This document shows positions 58,644 through 64,000 of a stretch of 64,000 nt of DNA, one piece after another (the first letter of the stretch is position 1; each line of letters starts with the position of its first letter). The DNA is from an uncultured Bacilli bacterium (GTDB lineage: Bacteria; Bacillota_I; Bacilli_A; RF39; UBA660), in contig CAKOMQ010000002.1 of the NCBI GenBank assembly GCA_934096715.1, positions 24,132-88,131 of the forward strand, written 5' to 3'. A model generated the notes under the pieces. It was not told where the DNA came from. It worked only from the letters and a program-made list of their open reading frames with translations, and did no database searches. Position numbers and translations under genes: made by a program.

Positions 58644-59221
58644 AATTTTTTTCTCTTTCTAATAATATAATCAAGAGTTACACCAGCTATACATGAACAA
58701 GTTGTTGCAATAATTGCTGGAAGTATTATCTCCGAAGGATTCATTGAATTATAAGTAGTTCTAAGAGCTAATATAGTTGTTGGAATAATAGTAACACCAG
58801 CTGTATTTAAAACTAAAAAAGTAATCATTGGAGTCGACGCTGTATCTTTTTTATCATTAATCTTTTGAAGTTCATTAATTGCTTTTAACCCTGCTGGAGT
58901 TGCTGCGGAACCTAAACCCATCATATTAGCAGCTATATTACTAGCAATATAGCCAAGAGCTTTATTATCTTTAGGAACACTTGGAAATAATCTACTTAAA
59001 AGTGGTTTTAAAAGATGAGCAAACTTGTCTAATAACCCACTCTTTTCAGCAATTTTAAGAATACCTGTCCATAAAACAATAATAGGTAGAAGTTCTAATA
59101 TTAAGTCAAGTGCATCATTTGCATTCGTTAAGATACTATTATTTATAACTTCAATATTACCGGATAGCAGCGAATAAATTATACCTGATGCAATTAAAAA
59201 TAACCAAATATAACTAACCAT
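58640..59221 (-). CDS. spmA: Spore maturation protein A
   Basis: MVSYIWLFLIASGIIYSLLSGNIE... resembles SpmA. Translationally coupled to spmB. Confidence 0.75.
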   Translation of the reverse strand: MVSYIWLFLIASGIIYSLLSGNIEVINNSILTNANDALDLILELLPIIVLWTGILKIAEKSGLLDKFAHLLKPLLSRLFPSVPKDNKALGYIASNIAANMMGLGSAATPAGLKAINELQKINDKKDTASTPMITFLVLNTAGVTIIPTTILALRTTYNSMNPSEIILPAIIATTCSCIAGVTLDYIIRKRKKL

Positions 59222-60267
59222 TATTTTCTCCCTTTAAATTTATCTACATATTTTTTTATATATATAGGTTCTTTATGATATAAATTATCTTTTAAATATA
59301 TATTTGCATATCCAACAATATCATCATTATTAAAATGTTTATATTTAATAAGTTCTATTTTAATTAAAACATCTTTTCTTTCACTTTTTTTAAGAGTCAT
59401 ATTATAATCATTTTTAATATATAATTTATATTTCTTATAATACTTTTCTTTTTTTATTTTAAATCTATCTTTATCTAATATATTAAAACTTTTATATTCA
59501 CTAAATACTTTTTTATAAAGAGTAATATGATCACTAAAATCATCTGGATCATTAAGAGTAACTACCACTACATTAATATTATTCTTACTACCAGTAGTTA
59601 CTAAAGTTCTTCTTGCTTTCTTTGTAAATCCAGTTTTACCACCAGTTACAAAATCATATTTTAATAGTTTATTTTTATTATGCCAAACATAAGTCATCAT
59701 ACTGGTTTCACATTTATATTTTTTTGTTTTAAATATACTTCTAAAAGTAGGATTTTTAATAGCATAACTCGTAAGTAAAGCCATATCATAACTACTTGAT
59801 TTATTACCGTTACCAAATTTATCTTCAAGACCATGTGGATTAATAAATACCGTGTTGGTCATTTTCAAGTTATTAGCATATTCATTCATCATATATACAA
59901 AGTTATCTACTCCACCACCAACATACTCGGCAATCATTAATGCTGCATCATTTCCACTTCTTAACATAAGTCCATATAGTAAATCTTTTAATTTTATTTC
60001 TTCTCCTACTTTAATATATATTCCACTACCAAAAGATTCTTTTACTTTATCAGTTACTTTAACTGTATCTTCTATATTAGCATTTTCTATCGCTACAATA
60101 GCGGTCATTATCTTAGTAATACTTGCAATTAATCTAGAATCATTTTGATTATATCCACTAAGTACTCTTAAATTATCAGTATCCATTACAACCATACTAC
60201 TTGCACTTATAGAGAATACATTTAATGGAAGTATTAATAAACTTACTACAAATAATATCTTTTTCAT
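59221..60267 (-). CDS. dacB: D-alanyl-D-alanine carboxypeptidase (sporulation-type DacB)
   Basis: SxxK (SITK), SGN (RSGNDA), KTG (KTGFT) motifs. Signal peptide. Confidence 0.85.
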   Translation of the reverse strand: MKKILFVVSLLILPLNVFSISASSMVVMDTDNLRVLSGYNQNDSRLIASITKIMTAIVAIENANIEDTVKVTDKVKESFGSGIYIKVGEEIKLKDLLYGLMLRSGNDAALMIAEYVGGGVDNFVYMMNEYANNLKMTNTVFINPHGLEDKFGNGNKSSSYDMALLTSYAIKNPTFRSIFKTKKYKCETSMMTYVWHNKNKLLKYDFVTGGKTGFTKKARRTLVTTGSKNNINVVVVTLNDPDDFSDHITLYKKVFSEYKSFNILDKDRFKIKKEKYYKKYKLYIKNDYNMTLKKSERKDVLIKIELIKYKHFNNDDIVGYANIYLKDNLYHKEPIYIKKYVDKFKGRK

Positions 60268-60318
60268 AATCCACCTATAAGAATATATGAAAAAAATGAC
60301 TCACTTAGAAGTCATTAA

Positions 60319-62127
60319 TTATATATATTTATTTATTACTTTCATTAAATCATTTATTTTAACTGGTTTAGCTATATAATCATCAAATCCTTTTCTTAAA
60401 TAATTCTTTCTATCTCCACTTTTAGCATTAGCAGTAAGTACAATTATTGGTTTATTATAATTATAATTATCTTTAAGTACTTTCATTGCCTCTGTACCAC
60501 TCATCTCAGGCATCATATCATCCATTAAAATCAAATCATAATCTCCTGTAACAGCCATGTCTATTCCATTTTTAGCATTTAAACAAGTATCAACATCATA
60601 GTTTTTTCTTTCAAGTAGTCTTCTTTCTACTTTTAAATTAATCTCATTATCATCAATAATTAAGATCTTTTGCCCACTTGCATTAACTATTTCTCTTTCT
60701 TCTTTTACTTCTTCCTTATTTAAATCTAATCTTTCGTATTTCTCAGTTAAATAAACGGTAAAGATACTACCTACATTTAACTTACTTTGAACAGTTATTT
60801 TACCACCCATCATTTCAACTAACTTTTTAGTAATTGCTAAACCTAGTCCAGTACCTTCAATTGTTGAGTTAACATGTTCACTATCTCTAGTAAACTTATC
60901 AAATAATTTATCAATCATTTCATCTTTAATACCTACTCCAGTATCTTCAACTTTAATTATAATCTTACAATTTTTATAATCATTAATAGAATTAACTGAT
61001 ACAACTATCTTGCCTTCTTGAGTATATTTACAAGCATTAGATAATAAATTAGATACAATTTCTTTTAACTTACTTTTATCACCATAAAGTACTTCAGGTA
61101 GATCACTTCCATAATTAATAATTAAATCTACTGGTTTATCTTTTAATTTTATTTTAATTATATTAGCAACTTCTTCAATAGATGATCTAATATTATAGTT
61201 CTTTCTAGTAATATCTACTGTACCAGATTCTATTTTAGATATACTTAATATACCTGTTACAATATCTAATAAATTAGTAGATGCATAAGATAAATCATCT
61301 AGTATTTCCATACCACTTTTACTAAGTTTTTCATCTTGTAATAAAGATATAGATCCAATAACTGCATTAAGGGGTGTTCTAATTTCATGAGACATACTAG
61401 ATAAGAATTCTGATTTAGCACTATTAGCTTTCTCTGCTTGATTCTTAGCATATTCTAATTTTCTTATTAATTCTATATCAGGATTTTCAATTGTAAAGTA
61501 CATTATAAAAAGTACAATTGAATGAACTATTGGAGATATTATTACTTCTGAAAAATAATTATCTATTATTATAGACACTATTGAGCCAAGAAAAAAAGCC
61601 ATTAAAGGAATATACTTCTTTGGCTCTACCTTCTTAATATTAAATAACATTATAAATAACGAATAGATAATTAATGCCATGTAGTAATAGAAGACAAAAT
61701 CTACGCTTATTCCACTAGTATAATTATCAATAATATTAATCGGTAACACAAGTACTATTCCAGTTGTTATAAGTGCTAAAACTATATAAATATTAGCAAA
61801 TATATCTTTAACATCATTACTAGATATATAATGTATATAATAAGTAATTAATATTGAAAACCAGATTGTATAAATTAAGTTAAATTTACCTAAAGATACT
61901 AATATTAGAGAATTTTTAGACAAATAAAAACACAATATATTAAAGATTAAAAGAGAAAAAAGACCTACTAAATTAATTAGTAGTAAACTTGAATATATTT
62001 TAATTTCTTTATTAGATATATGTTTTTGTTTGAAGTATACAATAGATAATACTCCCATATATATTAAACTTATTAATACCATAACCAATGTCATTTTTAT
62101 AATCACCTTACTAATTTTATCAATCAT
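60319..62127 (-). CDS. Hybrid sensor histidine kinase: multi-TM N-terminal sensor, HisKA, HATPase_c and C-terminal receiver domain
   Basis: H-box SHEIRTPLNAV, G-boxes, receiver with conserved DD...D...K pattern (ILIIDDNEIN...ILMDDMMP). Confidence 0.8.
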   Translation of the reverse strand: MIDKISKVIIKMTLVMVLISLIYMGVLSIVYFKQKHISNKEIKIYSSLLLINLVGLFSLLIFNILCFYLSKNSLILVSLGKFNLIYTIWFSILITYYIHYISSNDVKDIFANIYIVLALITTGIVLVLPINIIDNYTSGISVDFVFYYYMALIIYSLFIMLFNIKKVEPKKYIPLMAFFLGSIVSIIIDNYFSEVIISPIVHSIVLFIMYFTIENPDIELIRKLEYAKNQAEKANSAKSEFLSSMSHEIRTPLNAVIGSISLLQDEKLSKSGMEILDDLSYASTNLLDIVTGILSISKIESGTVDITRKNYNIRSSIEEVANIIKIKLKDKPVDLIINYGSDLPEVLYGDKSKLKEIVSNLLSNACKYTQEGKIVVSVNSINDYKNCKIIIKVEDTGVGIKDEMIDKLFDKFTRDSEHVNSTIEGTGLGLAITKKLVEMMGGKITVQSKLNVGSIFTVYLTEKYERLDLNKEEVKEEREIVNASGQKILIIDDNEINLKVERRLLERKNYDVDTCLNAKNGIDMAVTGDYDLILMDDMMPEMSGTEAMKVLKDNYNYNKPIIVLTANAKSGDRKNYLRKGFDDYIAKPVKINDLMKVINKYI

Positions 62128-62188
62128 ACTTATATAAGTAAATAATAAACTCTTATAAAAATGAAAAGTTATGTAAAGAAAAACTTAA

Positions 62189-63184
62189 CTATCTAGTTAA
62201 GCCCATTAAGTTCTTCATATGTTCATATTTTTCTTTAGCAAGTTTATTAGTTAAATCTCTACCATTATCAAGTATTCTTTCTAATTCTTCACTATAAAGA
62301 ATTTCATTATACTTACTTTGAATATTTTCTAGTTCACTACAAACTTTATCAGCAACATACTTTTTAAATTCTCCATAATTCTTACCTACAAACTCGTTTT
62401 CAATATCACTAATACTTTTTCCAGTAATAGAAGACACTATGTTAAGTAAATTACTTATACCAGGTTTATTTGCTTCATCAAATACTACCTTCATATCACT
62501 ATCAGTAGTGGCACCCATTATCTTCTTTCTAACATCATCTATATTATCAAATAAAGATATTACACCATTTGGATTTTCTTCACTCTTACTCATCTTTTTA
62601 TTAGGATTTTTTAAATCCATAATTTTAACTCCACTCTTAGTTATATAAGCTTCTGGTAATTTAAAAGTGGAACCAAACTTCTTATTAAAACGATCTGCTA
62701 TATCACGTGCTATTTCTACATGTTGTTGTTGATCTATTCCAACTGGTACTAAATCAGTATCACAATATAAAATATCACTAGCCATAAGAATTGGATATGT
62801 TAAAAGACCTACTGAAAAATTTTCATTTTGTTTAGATTTTTCCTTAAATTGAATCATTCTAGAAGCTTCTCCATAATAAGTTACACATTCTAGTAACCAT
62901 GAAATTGAAGGAATATAATTATTTTCAGATTGTATATAAATAGTAGTTTTACTAGTATCAATACCACATGCTAAATACATTGCTACAAACTTTCTAATTC
63001 TTTCATGTAATTCTTTTGGATCTTGCATTACAGTTAAAGCATGCAAATCAGCAACAAATAAAAATAATTCATTATTATTATCTTTTGATAACTCAACCAT
63101 TGGTTTAATTGCCCCAATCAAATTACCTAAAGTTAAATCTCCTGTTGGTTTTAAACCAGTTAATATTCTTTTCACTATTAACAT
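62189..63184 (-). CDS. trpS: Tryptophan--tRNA ligase
   Basis: KMSKS motif. Class I HIGH-like N-terminus (TGDLTLGNLIGA). Confidence 0.9.
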   Translation of the reverse strand: MLIVKRILTGLKPTGDLTLGNLIGAIKPMVELSKDNNNELFLFVADLHALTVMQDPKELHERIRKFVAMYLACGIDTSKTTIYIQSENNYIPSISWLLECVTYYGEASRMIQFKEKSKQNENFSVGLLTYPILMASDILYCDTDLVPVGIDQQQHVEIARDIADRFNKKFGSTFKLPEAYITKSGVKIMDLKNPNKKMSKSEENPNGVISLFDNIDDVRKKIMGATTDSDMKVVFDEANKPGISNLLNIVSSITGKSISDIENEFVGKNYGEFKKYVADKVCSELENIQSKYNEILYSEELERILDNGRDLTNKLAKEKYEHMKNLMGLTR

Positions 63185-63269
63185 CTCCTTAAATATATAG
63201 ATAATTATAAAACAATATGCTCATAATTTCAAATAAATGATGCATAATATATTTAGAAAGGATTAGATT

Positions 63270-63506
63270 ATGGAATTAAATTTTAAAAAAGTACCGGATA
63301 TTCTAACAAATAAAGATATGGATTATTTAAAAGATATGTTTACTTGGAATAGACTTGGTTACTTAATATGTGATGAATCAATTAATAATACTCTAGTTAA
63401 AGATATTAGTGATTTATTAAAAGAAGTCAAAAATAGTTTTTATGACAATATGAATGTTATTTTAGACTTAATTAAAGAAATGGAAGGTAATAATGAAGGA
63501 AATTAG
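63270..63506 (+). CDS. Small hypothetical protein (78 aa)
   Basis: ORF only. Confidence 0.35.
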   Translation: MELNFKKVPDILTNKDMDYLKDMFTWNRLGYLICDESINNTLVKDISDLLKEVKNSFYDNMNVILDLIKEMEGNNEGN

Positions 63507-63801
63507 TAATCCAGAGTATCAAGATAATAACAAAGATACTTTAAGTGAAAAAGATAATTTAAATATAGTGTTGTCTTATTTAAAAGATATAACTAAAAAT
63601 TATTTACTAGCATCTACTGAGCTTAGTAATGATACTTTATATAAACCTATTATTAAGGCTACAGTTGAACTTTCTAACCTACAAAGAAAAGTATATGAAA
63701 AAGCATTCAAATATGGCTGGTATAAGCTAGAAACAGTAAATAACACTAAAATAAATAAATTATATAATACTTTATCTAAAGAAATAGATAATCTAAATTA
63801 A
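63493..63801 (+). CDS. Small hypothetical protein (102 aa), overlaps the upstream ORF
   Basis: ORF only. Confidence 0.35.
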   Translation: MKEISNPEYQDNNKDTLSEKDNLNIVLSYLKDITKNYLLASTELSNDTLYKPIIKATVELSNLQRKVYEKAFKYGWYKLETVNNTKINKLYNTLSKEIDNLN

Positions 63802-63802
63802 A

Positions 63803-63833
63803 AATACACATCAATTTGATGTGTATTCTTTTA
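63803..63833. terminator. Bidirectional hairpin terminator between convergent genes
   Basis: AAATACACATCAA-TT-TGATGTGTATT perfect 11-bp stem flanked by A/T runs. Confidence 0.6.
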
Positions 63834-64000
63834 ATATTTTAAATCTTCTAGTATTTCATTAACACTTTTTTCATAATCAACTGTAGTACTAACATATATT
63901 AAAGTATCTTTAACACGAGATATTACAATATACTCATTATCTGATTTACAAATATACTTTGATAAAACAGAACTTTTAGACTCAGTATCTTTTGAATCAC
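63831..64000 (-). CDS. Hypothetical protein, 3' part only (gene runs off the window)
   Basis: Open minus-strand frame ending ...VNEILEDLKY* at 63831. Confidence 0.4.
   Translation of the reverse strand, partial: DSKDTESKSSVLSKYICKSDNEYIVISRVKDTLIYVSTTVDYEKSVNEILEDLKY

Noticed and set aside
63185-63270. T-box leader upstream of trpS
   Set aside because: Only ~85 nt of AT-rich DNA between trpS start and the next gene. No specifier or T-box motifs.
1-64000. CRISPR arrays, integrases, transposases or prophage blocks
   Set aside because: No regularly spaced direct repeats and no recombinase-like ORFs were seen. Accessory content appears as small islets rather than mobile elements.

Overview
This window is a very AT-rich (about 25% GC) chromosomal segment from a spore-forming low-GC Firmicute. 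The sporulation assignment rests on dacB-spmA-spmB, spoVS, gerE, a gerM-like gene, yqfC/yqfD and spoIIIAH. It uses the standard genetic code. Most of it is conserved housekeeping: the nusA-infB-rbfA-truB operon, yqfD...ybeY-dgkA-era-recO, sufCDSU plus a distant sufB, efp, rpmG, rpsU, RNase J, trpS, PBP2, nfo and five tRNAs. Several accessory features stand out. (1) Two paralogous surface-protein loci each carry a G10 homopolymer inside a conserved ~40-bp block. At the 761-aa gene the tract lies in the signal-peptide coding region and the gene is currently out of frame (predicted phase-OFF; 9 or 12 G restores the frame). (2) A class IIb-like two-peptide bacteriocin locus has double-glycine leaders plus a C39-peptidase ABC exporter, wedged next to rpsU. 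(3) A perfect (TA)12 repeat forms the exact 17-bp spacer of a TTGTAT/TATAAT promoter. (4) An XRE-HTH/ImmA-IrrE metallopeptidase gene overlaps a PIN-like gene, next to a sigma-70 homologue with a ~330-aa N-terminal extension. (5) A ~245-nt promoter-driven candidate structured ncRNA lies upstream of a tRNA. (6) There are several unusual fusions or fragments (RelA/SpoT-type HD fused to a P-loop kinase, a stand-alone ClpC-D1 AAA fragment, a ferredoxin with a Cys-rich tail). No CRISPR array, integrase or transposase was seen.
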